This document shows positions 9,283 to 18,622 of a stretch of 64,000 nucleotides of DNA, in pieces. The notes below the pieces were generated by a model. The model had not been told where the DNA came from and did not search any database. It was given only the letters and a program-made list of their open reading frames with translations. The stretch lies in the sequence record SRR22947727_2045; one strand, given 5' to 3'. The position numbers were made by a program, and so were the translations under genes. Positions within the stretch are counted from its first letter, which is position 1; the number at the start of each line of letters is the position of its first letter.

Positions 9283-10784
9283 GGGGCGGCCCAGTGAAGT
9301 GAGGTGTCGGTCCGGCGTCCCCGGTCTGCTGCCGCGGCTTGATGTTGAGCGACGGTGCGGGTGGCGGAGGCGTCCAGATGAAGGCCCGAGACGGACACAG
9401 GGCCCGGTGTCGTGTCGACGTGCACAGAAGCCAGATCGAGGAATCGCTCCCATGGTCCTTGCGTCCAGCGGACCGATTGGGTGCGTGCGTGCGGAACGAG
9501 CGCTGTTCGGCGCGTGATCCGTCCTCGTCGGATTGCGAAACTGTGTGTGTCCCACCCCACGGCAAGATTCCGCCATTGGATGGGCGATCGCCACCAGGCG
9601 CGACGCGGCGCACCGACCCAGGTGATCGAGGAAGCCCGCAGATCCGGCAGCACCCGCGAAACGATGTCCTGCGCAGCTTCCATCTCGGAGACGGGAATCA
9701 GCACGGTGTCGCTGCGCTGGCTTCCGGAACCGGAGGACTCCGAGCCCACGCCGGCGATTGTGACGCGAATGCGGGTCCATCGCCGCCGCCGCCAGAGCAA
9801 GGGCTCGACGTATTCGATGGCCTGGACGCGGCCGGGAGGCACGGTCCGCGATTCGGTGCGCAGCAATCCGTAACGCAGGCGGAGTCCATCGGGAGACTGC
9901 GCGACGGTGAATCCGTAGTAGCGAGTGAATTCCGCCACGACGAGAACAAGGGGAATACCTCCGGTGACGACGGCCACGCCGGTAGCACCCCAGCCTCCGG
10001 TCAGATAGCTGGTGACGATGATGATGACGGTGAGCAGGAGTAGGCCGGCCGTTGTCATGCGAAGTGCCAGCGATACGGCCAATTGACGGCCGGACACCCT
10101 GACTATTTCGCTCTGCGGCGCTTCAGCGGTCGTGGCAGAGAGTCCTGCCGATCGTGCGAGGACCTCGCGTCGGATCTCACGAGCGTCGTCGAGGGTCACG
10201 TACTTGAGTCGAACCCGTGAGTCGTCCTGCCCGGCCACTTCGATCACGACGACGGCCATGGAGAACAGTCGAGCGGCGAATGGTTGCGTCACATCCACGG
10301 TTTGGATTCGGGAGAGTTGAACGCGCCGTTGTTGCCGAAACAGCACTCCCGATTGCATTCGAAAGTCACCGTCGTCGTCGAACCAGAAACTGAGCGCCCG
10401 CCACTGAAAGTAGTTCAGCGCTGCGACGGCAGCACTCAGCAGAAAGGCGATGACGGCGAAGACAACGATGGCGAGCGCGATGGGTGGCATCCACGCGAGG
10501 CCGATGATGTCGTCCAGGCGCCCAGCCAGCGTGTTAATGCGTTGAATGCCGACGGCGAAGGCGATACCGGCGAGTGCGGGAAAGACCGCTACCGCGTGGA
10601 CGAGAGGTGAGATCGGGTGCACCTTGCGGTGCCCTTCAGCGTCGATGAGGCGGCTGCCGGGGACGGTCATCCCGAGTCCAAGGTCGTCACCGATGGAACT
10701 GGCCGGCGAGCTGGAGCTGGAACCGACTGCTTGGGGCGCGGGTGGATTGTCGTCGCTCGCAGTGTGGGGTGCGGGATCGCTCAT
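9279..10784 (-). CDS. Bacterial PH-domain membrane protein (YdbT-like, several bPH_2 domains)
   Basis: Repeated SG.LFR...RIQTVD..QP, GLLRT...RVQAI and QSV...QGP.ER motifs separated by TM helices. Confidence 0.85.
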   Translation of the reverse strand: MSDPAPHTASDDNPPAPQAVGSSSSSPASSIGDDLGLGMTVPGSRLIDAEGHRKVHPISPLVHAVAVFPALAGIAFAVGIQRINTLAGRLDDIIGLAWMPPIALAIVVFAVIAFLLSAAVAALNYFQWRALSFWFDDDGDFRMQSGVLFRQQRRVQLSRIQTVDVTQPFAARLFSMAVVVIEVAGQDDSRVRLKYVTLDDAREIRREVLARSAGLSATTAEAPQSEIVRVSGRQLAVSLALRMTTAGLLLLTVIIIVTSYLTGGWGATGVAVVTGGIPLVLVVAEFTRYYGFTVAQSPDGLRLRYGLLRTESRTVPPGRVQAIEYVEPLLWRRRRWTRIRVTIAGVGSESSGSGSQRSDTVLIPVSEMEAAQDIVSRVLPDLRASSITWVGAPRRAWWRSPIQWRNLAVGWDTHSFAIRRGRITRRTALVPHARTQSVRWTQGPWERFLDLASVHVDTTPGPVSVSGLHLDASATRTVAQHQAAAADRGRRTDTSLHWAAP

Positions 10785-10791
10785 TGGGGTG

Positions 10792-11304
10792 TCACAGTCC
10801 GGCCGATCGGGTTTCGCCCCGTCGCGCCAGGCGGTCTCTGAGGTCGGCGGCGATCTGTGGTTCGAGTCCGGGAATGGATGCGTCGGTAGTGGCGGCTGCT
10901 GTATGGAGTTGAACAGTTGTGACTGCGAGTGCTCGATCAATCGGACCGGCTTTGACGTCGACGAGTTGCATGCGGCCGTAGGGAACGATGACGAGACGTC
11001 GAAACAGGATTCCGCTGGACACCAGAAGGTCATCGCCTCGTTCGCAGTAGGCATACGAGCGCACCCGTCGGCCGATGAGCCACCACCCCCACAGCAGGCC
11101 CACCAGTGCAGCGACAGCAATCACGATGGAAACCCAAGCGATTACCCCCAGCAGCGTGAGGACTCCTAGCGCGATCACGGTGATGGGTACCAGCGACACC
11201 ACAAGGACGATGCGGCGAGCCGTGACCAGCCGTGGTGAGACGGGCACCCAGCGATCACCCTCGCCATCAGAGGTGAAAGCGGTGGCGGTGTCCATAGAGG
11301 GCAT
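10792..11304 (-). CDS. Bacterial PH-domain membrane protein (YdbS-like)
   Basis: Two TM helices, then GILFRR...VPYGRMQLVDV.AGPIDR...LHTAAA...IPGL. The start may be 11295. Confidence 0.85.
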   Translation of the reverse strand: MPSMDTATAFTSDGEGDRWVPVSPRLVTARRIVLVVSLVPITVIALGVLTLLGVIAWVSIVIAVAALVGLLWGWWLIGRRVRSYAYCERGDDLLVSSGILFRRLVIVPYGRMQLVDVKAGPIDRALAVTTVQLHTAAATTDASIPGLEPQIAADLRDRLARRGETRSAGL

Positions 11305-11315
11305 TGAACCAGCGA

Positions 11316-12344
11316 TCAGGGAGTCGAGCGCAGGCGAGAAGCAAGCCCCAATGTCTCAGCAGCCATCGCGGCTGTCGCGTCGAGATCGGTCATCAGCAAA
11401 GGAACGGCCCGAGTGGTGATGCCCGCTTGCTCGATGACCGGTGTCGAAGCGGCATCGGAGGTGTCCACGAGCCAGCCGTCCAGCAGACCGCCACTCGAGC
11501 GAACACCGTAGTGCGCAGCCACGGCGGCGGCGCTGGTCTCGATGCCACTGGCTCGAAGACACGCATCGGCCATGCCTCGGACCGGGGCGCCGGAGATGAT
11601 GGGGCTGATGCCGACCACGGGGGCGCGGGTCGCGCGAATCTCGTCGGCTATTCCGGGAACCGCGAGGATCGTTCCGATCGAGACGATCGGATTACTAGGA
11701 GGAAAGACGATCACATCGGCATTGCGCAGGGCATCTACGACACCCGGAGCCGGTTTCGCCTCCTCGATTCCGACGACGACGAATCGGCGCGCTGGCAGTG
11801 ACGCCCGATAGCGAATCCACCACTCTTGAAAGTGCAGAGCGATATCCGTCCCCGGGTTGTCGGGATCATCAACGATGACGTGCGTCTCGGCGCGGTCGTC
11901 CGTCATGGGGATGAGACGGACTCCGGGTTGCCACCGCTCGCACAGCGCCTCGGTCACGCTGGAGAGCGGGTAGCCCGCGTTCAGGCTCGTCGTTCTCACC
12001 AGGTGTGTCCCGATATCTCGGTCGCCGAGCCCGAACCATGTGGGCTCGACCCCGTACGCGGTGAGCTCCTCCTTGGCGCGGAATGTCTCGTCGAGGCGGC
12101 CCCAGCCACGCTCGGGGTCGATTCCGTCTCCGAGGGTGTACATCACGGTGTCCAGATCGGGGCACACCCGCAGCCCGTGGATCCAGATGTCGTCCCCGGT
12201 GTTGCCGATCACCGTTATCTCGGTGAGCCCGGTGCCGGCAGTTTCGCCCGATACAGGATCGCTGGTGGCCTGCTGAACGTGGTGACGAAGTCCGCGAAGG
12301 AAGCGCGCGCCACCGATTCCTCCGGCGAGAGCGGTGATGCGCAT
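11316..12344 (-). CDS. fbiA: 2-phospho-L-lactate transferase (CofD)
   Basis: LAGGIGGARFL, NTGDD..HGLRVCPDLDT, WFGLGDRD, HFQEWW and PSNPIVSI motifs. Confidence 0.95.
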   Translation of the reverse strand: MRITALAGGIGGARFLRGLRHHVQQATSDPVSGETAGTGLTEITVIGNTGDDIWIHGLRVCPDLDTVMYTLGDGIDPERGWGRLDETFRAKEELTAYGVEPTWFGLGDRDIGTHLVRTTSLNAGYPLSSVTEALCERWQPGVRLIPMTDDRAETHVIVDDPDNPGTDIALHFQEWWIRYRASLPARRFVVVGIEEAKPAPGVVDALRNADVIVFPPSNPIVSIGTILAVPGIADEIRATRAPVVGISPIISGAPVRGMADACLRASGIETSAAAVAAHYGVRSSGGLLDGWLVDTSDAASTPVIEQAGITTRAVPLLMTDLDATAAMAAETLGLASRLRSTP

Positions 12345-12487
12345 CCGTGCATCCAACCATTGCGGCGCCGTCCGCTGCCTGGCGGAGATCCAGGAGGATG
12401 CGACAACGGGATCTCGGGACGAGGAGGGTCTTTGACGCCTGCAAAAGGGGCATTTAGGGCAAAAGACCACCAATGTGAGGGTGGGGC

Positions 12488-12516
12488 TTGACGAAAACGA
12501 ACTACACCCCTGTAAT
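12488..12516 (+). promoter_or_regulatory. Housekeeping-sigma-type promoter of whiB
   Basis: TTGACG (12488-12493), 17-nt spacer, TGTAAT (12511-12516). GAGGAGG RBS further downstream. Confidence 0.65.
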
Positions 12517-12570
12517 ACACATCATAAGCGCGTTCATGAGAGCGTGAGCCGGGGTCGAGGAGGATTCTGC

Positions 12571-12846
12571 GTGTCCGATCGAGGAACTATCGCTGAGTTG
12601 GCGCTCCTTCCACTTTCCGACGTTGAAGAACTTGGCTGGCAAGAGCAAGCGCTCTGTGCGCAGACCGATCCCGAAGCTTTCTTCCCGGAGAAGGGCGGCA
12701 GCACGCGGGAAGCCAAGCGGGTCTGCCTGTCGTGTGACGTGCGCAACGACTGCCTGGAGTACGCACTCGCCAACGACGAGCGGTTCGGCATCTGGGGCGG
12801 CTTGTCCGAGCGGGAGCGTCGCAGGTTGAAAAAGCGCGCCGTCTGA
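12571..12846 (+). CDS. whiB: WhiB family Fe-S transcription factor (WhiB/WhiB2 type)
   Basis: WQEQALCAQTDPEAFFPEKGGSTREAKRVC..C....CLEYAL..DERFGIWGGLSERERR. Divergent from fbiA. Confidence 0.95.
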   Translation: MSDRGTIAELALLPLSDVEELGWQEQALCAQTDPEAFFPEKGGSTREAKRVCLSCDVRNDCLEYALANDERFGIWGGLSERERRRLKKRAV

Positions 12847-12877
12847 TTCCACTGCTCGTGGGCCGTACTCTGACCTG

Positions 12878-15800
12878 GTGACCGAGTCCGCTTCCCCTGG
12901 CGTCACCGATGACGTTGTATCCGGTGATCCCCGCGTGGATGCTGATTGGGATGCCTTTACCGACAGCCTGATCCTCGACACGGAGCTTCCGCGCCGCGAG
13001 CACTTCGTGACCGCCATAGTCGTCAGTCACGACGGAGAGATCTGGCTGCCGGCGGTCTTAACCACGCTCGCTCGCCAAACCCGCCCGGTGAACTTGGTGG
13101 TCGGTGTCGACAACGCCTCACAGGATTCGAGTTCGTCGGTGCTTCGCGAGTCACTGGGAACAGATGCCCTTGTCGAGTTGGAGGCAAACGACGGTTTCGG
13201 GGCGGCAGCAGCAGCGGGCTTCGCCTCGGTAGCTGCTCGGCAGCCGACGCTGCCAGACGACGTCGTCCATTGGGTATGGCTGCTGCACGATGACAGTGCA
13301 CCCGACCCGACCTGCCTGGAAAGGTTGCTGCAGGTGGCGGACGAGCATCCGTCAGCCGATGTCCTGGGTCCCAAGATTCTCGGCTGGCACGACCGTCGAC
13401 TGCTATTGGAAGTCGGAGTCTCCATCGACGGCGATGGGCGGCGCGTGACCGGTCTGGAGCGACGCGAACACGACCAGGGACAGCACGACGGAGTTCGTGA
13501 CGTCATGGCGGTCAGTTCCGCAGGAATGCTGATCAGGCAAGACGTCTGGGAAGAACTATCCGGCTTCGACCCCCGCCTTCCCCTGTATCGGGATGACGTG
13601 GACTTTTGCTGGCGGGTTCATCGAGCGGGTGGTCGGGTGCTGGTGGTGGCGGACGCTGTCCTTCACCACCGAGAGGCGTCGGCGCATGGTCGTCGTCAGG
13701 CTCGCGGTGGTGGCGACCGTCCGCATCGTGCCGACCGCGAAGCCGCTATTCGAGTGCTGCTTGCCCACGCCACGACGGTCGGGATGTTCTTTGTTGCGGT
13801 ACGCCTGCTGATCGGCAGCGGCATCCGAGCGCTGACATATCTCGTCGGCAAGGACCTTGCGGCTGCACGGGATGAAGTGAGCGCGCAATTCGCTGTTCTG
13901 GCGAAACCTCGCCGTCTGACGGCATCTCGATCACTCGTCTCCCGATCGAGTATCGAACCGGCATCGGTAGCCCGATCGCTGCGGCCGACCTCGGTTGACC
14001 AGTTGCGCGATGTCGGCGAGGCCGTCGGGGGGCTGCTGACCACGAGTTCGGCTACCGGCCCATCGAGTGTCAGTGGGCTGGAATCTGGACCGATTGATGA
14101 CGAGGCCGCGTACCTGCCGGACGACTCCTCCGGCGTTCTTCGCCGTGTTCTCCTGGCTCCCGGCGTTGTCGCGACCGTGGTTCTGCTGGTCGTGGCCGCC
14201 ATCGCGACCCGTGGATTGTGGTGGGGCGAAGGCGTGCTTCAAGGCGGTGCACTTCTTCCCGTCCCCGAAGGAGCCCGCGATGTCTGGGCGTCCTACGCAC
14301 GGGCCTGGCATGACGTCGGTCCCGGGTCGGGCACACCCTCGGCACCGTTCCTCATCGTGGTCGGGATCACGGCCACGGTGCTGTTCGGTAATCCCGACTG
14401 GGCGATGAACGTGCTGGTACTTCTTGCCGCGCCCATTGCCGGCTGGAGTGCGTACGTCGCGACGCGCGGAATGCTGACGAGCAAGGTGATCCGGGCGTGG
14501 ATGGCCGTCACGTACGCGCTGCTGCCGGCGATGACCGGTGCTTTCGCGCAGGGGCGCGTCGGAACGTTGATCACCGCTATCGCTTTGCCATTCGCGATTC
14601 GTTCTGGTTTTCGTCTGTCACGTCGCACAGGCACCATGCGCCGAGCGGCGGGGACGGCTTTGTTGATGTCCGTGATCCTTGCCGCCACTCCGGCGGTATG
14701 GGCGGTGGCTCTCGGCTGCGCAGTGATCGCCTCGATTGTGGCCATCCGTCGTTGGGGATCCGATGCCTGGGCGATCATCACACGGTTCGCCATCGCGATA
14801 GTTGTGCCGTTGCTCGCCCTGATGCCGTGGACCGTGCACCTGATAACCAATCCGGCACTGTTCCTCGTCGAGCCAGGACTGAACATTCCGGGGATCATCG
14901 ATCCCAATCTGCGGCCGGTCGATGTGCTGTTGCTGCATCCAGGAGGACCGGGGATGAACCCGCTCCTCGTGACCGCTGGACTGGTTTTCGCGGCGTTCCT
15001 CGCGTTGTTTCGACGCGACACGGCGAGCTACGTGAGTGCGTGGTGGGTCGTGGTGGTACTCGCATTGGCGATAGGAGTAGTCCAGTCGACGCTCACCATT
15101 CTTCCCCCCGGAGCACAAATCCCTGCCCAGCCGTGGCCCGGACCGATGACGCTGGTGATGGGCCTGGCGATGATCGCCGCGTGCGGAATCGCTGTCGACG
15201 GTCTGCGACAACGCTTCGCGGGGCAGAGTTTCACTCTCGGACAGCCGCTGGCCGCCATCGGACTCATCGCAGCCGCGCTGACGCCGATCGCTGCGGCAGT
15301 CTGGTGGATCCCCGCGAACGATGACGTTGTCCAGCGTGCACCGCGTCTGGATGTACCGGCATTCGTCGCGGCCGAGGCCGATGGTCCGCAAGCTCCGCGA
15401 ACGTTGGTCCTGACCGACAACGGAGAAGGGGAGGTCCGCTACATGCTCATCGGCGGATCGGCCCTGACGCTGGGATCGGCGGAGACCATGCCACCGCCGC
15501 AGGTGTGGGAGCCGATCGATGACTTCGTTTCGGCTTTGGCGTCTGGTCGGGGTGGTGGGGAAGTGGAGGCACTGCGCTCGTATGGCGTCCGATACGTCAC
15601 TCTCGCGGCCAAGTCTTCGCGATCGATTGTCCCGGCACTCGACTCCGAGCCGGGATTGCGCAGGCTTGCTCGCACTGAAGGAGAAGTGTTGTGGCGCATT
15701 AGTGGTGTCACATCGCGGGCCCAGGTCCTCGACATCGACGGCGCCTCGGGTGAGTTCCTTCCGATGGCCCTGGACATTGCTCAACCCGGGGATGTCAGGA

Positions 15801-16327
15801 CCGACCCGTACCTCGACGGCGCGCTTCCCGAGGCTGTGGACGTTGACCCTGGCTCGCGGGTTCTCTGGTTGGGCGTGACATCGACAACGCAGTGGTCAGC
15901 GTCCATCGATGGCCAAACTCTGGCCCGGGCCGAACTTCCCGAGCCCTTGAATTGGGCGGCGGCCTTCGTTGTTCCGGTGGAGAAAGCGACATCCACGGTC
16001 GTTGCGTCTTTCGATGACTCTCTTCGACGTGGGTGGCTCATCTTCCAGGCCATCGTCATTCTCGCCCTGATTGTTCTCGCACTGCCCGAGCGTCGAGTTT
16101 TCGATCCTGACCCCGATGACCCAGACCGACCGGATGCTCCCGAAGTGCCCCACTTTCTCGACCTAACGCAGGTGTCGACGGCGTCCGCGGATCCGAGTGA
16201 TGGAGACGGCGGACACAGCGGCACGAGCGACGGCCCGAACGACGACACGAGCGACGGCCCGAGCGACGGCCCGAACGACGGCGCTAGCGACGGCGCTAGC
16301 GACGAGCCGAAGGGGGTGAGCCCATGA
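12878..16327 (+). CDS. Large membrane-bound glycosyltransferase family 2 protein
   Basis: N-terminal GT2 domain (WLLHDD, GPK, DDVDFCWR), many TM helices and an acidic tail. Conserved position after whiB. Confidence 0.85.
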   Translation: MTESASPGVTDDVVSGDPRVDADWDAFTDSLILDTELPRREHFVTAIVVSHDGEIWLPAVLTTLARQTRPVNLVVGVDNASQDSSSSVLRESLGTDALVELEANDGFGAAAAAGFASVAARQPTLPDDVVHWVWLLHDDSAPDPTCLERLLQVADEHPSADVLGPKILGWHDRRLLLEVGVSIDGDGRRVTGLERREHDQGQHDGVRDVMAVSSAGMLIRQDVWEELSGFDPRLPLYRDDVDFCWRVHRAGGRVLVVADAVLHHREASAHGRRQARGGGDRPHRADREAAIRVLLAHATTVGMFFVAVRLLIGSGIRALTYLVGKDLAAARDEVSAQFAVLAKPRRLTASRSLVSRSSIEPASVARSLRPTSVDQLRDVGEAVGGLLTTSSATGPSSVSGLESGPIDDEAAYLPDDSSGVLRRVLLAPGVVATVVLLVVAAIATRGLWWGEGVLQGGALLPVPEGARDVWASYARAWHDVGPGSGTPSAPFLIVVGITATVLFGNPDWAMNVLVLLAAPIAGWSAYVATRGMLTSKVIRAWMAVTYALLPAMTGAFAQGRVGTLITAIALPFAIRSGFRLSRRTGTMRRAAGTALLMSVILAATPAVWAVALGCAVIASIVAIRRWGSDAWAIITRFAIAIVVPLLALMPWTVHLITNPALFLVEPGLNIPGIIDPNLRPVDVLLLHPGGPGMNPLLVTAGLVFAAFLALFRRDTASYVSAWWVVVVLALAIGVVQSTLTILPPGAQIPAQPWPGPMTLVMGLAMIAACGIAVDGLRQRFAGQSFTLGQPLAAIGLIAAALTPIAAAVWWIPANDDVVQRAPRLDVPAFVAAEADGPQAPRTLVLTDNGEGEVRYMLIGGSALTLGSAETMPPPQVWEPIDDFVSALASGRGGGEVEALRSYGVRYVTLAAKSSRSIVPALDSEPGLRRLARTEGEVLWRISGVTSRAQVLDIDGASGEFLPMALDIAQPGDVRTDPYLDGALPEAVDVDPGSRVLWLGVTSTTQWSASIDGQTLARAELPEPLNWAAAFVVPVEKATSTVVASFDDSLRRGWLIFQAIVILALIVLALPERRVFDPDPDDPDRPDAPEVPHFLDLTQVSTASADPSDGDGGHSGTSDGPNDDTSDGPSDGPNDGASDGASDEPKGVSP
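16229..16312 (+). repeat. Degenerate 12-bp tandem repeat, about 7 units, GACGGCCCGAAC-like
   Basis: Units encode DGPN DDTS DGPS DGPN DGAS DGAS DEPK at the GT2 C-terminus. Confidence 0.85.
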
Positions 16328-17847
16328 CCCCGGCACGTGACGCCTGGGGTGGAGGACTTTCGTGGTGGGTGCCTCCGTTGGTAGTGCTGGCTGTGGTTGG
16401 GAGCATCGTCGGTGTTGGTTTTCTGGTCGGTGCCGACTCTGGTGAGTCAAAGACCGGGACAATGATCGCCGAACCTATTCGCTCGAGCGTGTTGTTGTGT
16501 CCGGAACCCGGGGCGGGCGGAAATCTGGGCGTTCGGGTCACGGGGGCCGTCATTCCCGGCCAGCCAGGGCAAGAAGGCGAGGGCGAGGCAGGGCTGCGCA
16601 CCCTCCCGGGCGCGGAATCGGCAAGATCCAACCTCAAAGCACCGGGCGAACAGGGTCAGATCGAGGCGTTCGGAATCGAGTTGCCCGCAGTGGAGGCCTA
16701 CGGCGAGGGAGCGTTGGCGCCAGGCCTGATCGCCGATCAGTGGGGGCGCGACCCCAGCGGCCGCGGTCGAGGGATGGCCAGCACCGCGTGTGCCCCGGCC
16801 GCGTCGGATTTCTGGTTCGTTGGTGGCGGCGCGGTTGCGGGGCGGGTGACGCGCGTGCTGTTGGTGAATCCAGATGTCACGTCAGCCATCGTCGATGTGA
16901 TCATTCACGGCCCTGATGGGGAGATCGAGACGCCGACGACGCGGGGACTCGTCGTCCCGGGCCAAGACAGGGTCATCGTTCGCCTTGATGAGGTGGCTCC
17001 CGGGATCAATGGAACCGCTTTCCACGTGATCGCGCGGGCGGGCCGTGTGGGAGCGTCGGTTGTCGACGAGCAGCGCAGCGGTTTGGACGCGATCGGAACC
17101 GACTGGATCCCTGCTTCGGCCGACCCGGCCACCAACGTCTACCTGCCCGGAATCTTGGCCGGTGACGGGGCCCGGGTGCTGTCGGTGGTGTCGACAAGTG
17201 ACAGTGACGCGATCGTTGACATCCGCGTCCTCGCACAGGACGGGAGCTACCAGCCGTTCGATCGCGGCAGTGTCACCGTTCCTGCGGGCGCGGTCACGAC
17301 CTTGGATATGACCCCTGCTTTGCCGCCATCGCCAAACGGGATTCTCCCGGCGGCGCTGCAGTTGACGTCCGATCAGCCGATTGTTGTGGGAATGCGGCAG
17401 TTCTTCGGCGGCCGCAACGTGCAAAACGAAGCGTCCTTCACCGCCGGTGCCCAGCCCTTTGCCGGTCCCTCGGCGGTCAGTGGACTTCCGGTGCGGAGTG
17501 CGACCGATGTGAAGCTGCAGATTGCCGCCCCGGCGACGTCGGTGGAGGTAGACGTAACGATGCTTCCCTTCCGCGGGGGAACGACCATCGCGGAGGAGAC
17601 AGAACCGGTGCGGGTGTCGGTACCCGCGGGTGAGGTGCGCGTGATCACCTTCGAACCGTCGACAGATGTCGACTGGTTCACGGGCGTGATTACTCCTGTC
17701 CCCGGTTCCGGACCGATTCTGGCTGCGCACCGGGTGAAGGAGCGGTCTGACTTTGGTGACCTGATCACCGGCTACCCGTGGAAGCCGTTGCGGGTGCGGG
17801 TACCCGTTCCGCAAGTTGTCCCGGATGTCGCGGTAGTCGGCCGCTGA
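16324..17847 (+). CDS. DUF5719 family secreted/membrane-anchored protein
   Basis: N-terminal TM helix; CP, C..A.SDFWFVGG and L.NP...A.VDV motifs. ATGA-coupled to the GT2 gene. Confidence 0.75.
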   Translation: MTPARDAWGGGLSWWVPPLVVLAVVGSIVGVGFLVGADSGESKTGTMIAEPIRSSVLLCPEPGAGGNLGVRVTGAVIPGQPGQEGEGEAGLRTLPGAESARSNLKAPGEQGQIEAFGIELPAVEAYGEGALAPGLIADQWGRDPSGRGRGMASTACAPAASDFWFVGGGAVAGRVTRVLLVNPDVTSAIVDVIIHGPDGEIETPTTRGLVVPGQDRVIVRLDEVAPGINGTAFHVIARAGRVGASVVDEQRSGLDAIGTDWIPASADPATNVYLPGILAGDGARVLSVVSTSDSDAIVDIRVLAQDGSYQPFDRGSVTVPAGAVTTLDMTPALPPSPNGILPAALQLTSDQPIVVGMRQFFGGRNVQNEASFTAGAQPFAGPSAVSGLPVRSATDVKLQIAAPATSVEVDVTMLPFRGGTTIAEETEPVRVSVPAGEVRVITFEPSTDVDWFTGVITPVPGSGPILAAHRVKERSDFGDLITGYPWKPLRVRVPVPQVVPDVAVVGR

Positions 17848-17942
17848 AGCCAACGTTCCAAAATGCGCAGAACGCACGGTGACTCCCCAGAAGGCGGCGC
17901 GGCTACACCGGTGATGAGGATCTGACCGCTAGCGTGCCGGAC

Positions 17943-18560
17943 GTGAGTCGTCGCCGCTGCTCCAAGCCGTCCTGCGCTCAGCCCGCGGTCTCCACTCTCA
18001 CCTACGTGTATGCCGACTCCACAGCAGTCGTCGGGCCGCTTGCTACCTACGCCGAACCGCACTGCTACGACCTGTGTCAAATGCACAGCGATCGTTTGAC
18101 GGCTCCCCGGGGCTGGGAGGTCGTGCGCATCACGCCGGATCCGGACGCGCTGAAACCAAGCAGCGACGATCTGCAAGCCCTCGCCGACGCAGTCCGAGAG
18201 GCCGCCAAGCCTCGATTCGAGATGCCGGATGCGCCGACGGCAGGCGGTACCCACAGCGACGACGCCGCTGTGGACGCGACGCACGGCCGCCGTGGGCATC
18301 TACGCGTGGTTCCCGAAGTGGCACACACGGACTTCACTGCGACCACTAAGGACCATCAGGACGCGCAGGGTTCGCTGGACTCCCGGGACCCCCAGCGCTC
18401 CCAAGGCTCCCAAAGCTCCCAAGGCTCCCAAGGCGGCGAAGACTTCACAAGCGCCGGGCCCGCCGATGCTGCGGCCGAGCGCTACGACGATGCCCATCCG
18501 GTCTTTACGTCGACTCCGGACGCCGGGGATAAGCCCTTCGACCACGAAGGCCTCTGGTAA
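17943..18560 (+). CDS. DUF3499 family protein with long acidic C-terminal extension
   Basis: RCSKPSC...AVSTLTYVYADSTAVVGPLA...EPHCYDLC..H...TAPRGW...DDL.ALADAVREA...GHLRV. Confidence 0.85.
   Translation: MSRRRCSKPSCAQPAVSTLTYVYADSTAVVGPLATYAEPHCYDLCQMHSDRLTAPRGWEVVRITPDPDALKPSSDDLQALADAVREAAKPRFEMPDAPTAGGTHSDDAAVDATHGRRGHLRVVPEVAHTDFTATTKDHQDAQGSLDSRDPQRSQGSQSSQGSQGGEDFTSAGPADAAAERYDDAHPVFTSTPDAGDKPFDHEGLW
18399..18434 (+). repeat. 9-bp tandem repeat (TCCCAAGGC, 4 units)
   Basis: Encodes SQG SQS SQG SQG in the DUF3499 tail. Confidence 0.85.
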
Positions 18561-18622
18561 GCCCGCAGGTCCGCCAGCCTGGCACCCGGGTGTCGCTGTG
18601 GTTTCGCCGATAACCTTCCGTT

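Noticed and set aside
16229..16312. CRISPR-like repeats
   Set aside because: Contiguous in-frame 12-bp units without spacers; no cas genes in the window.
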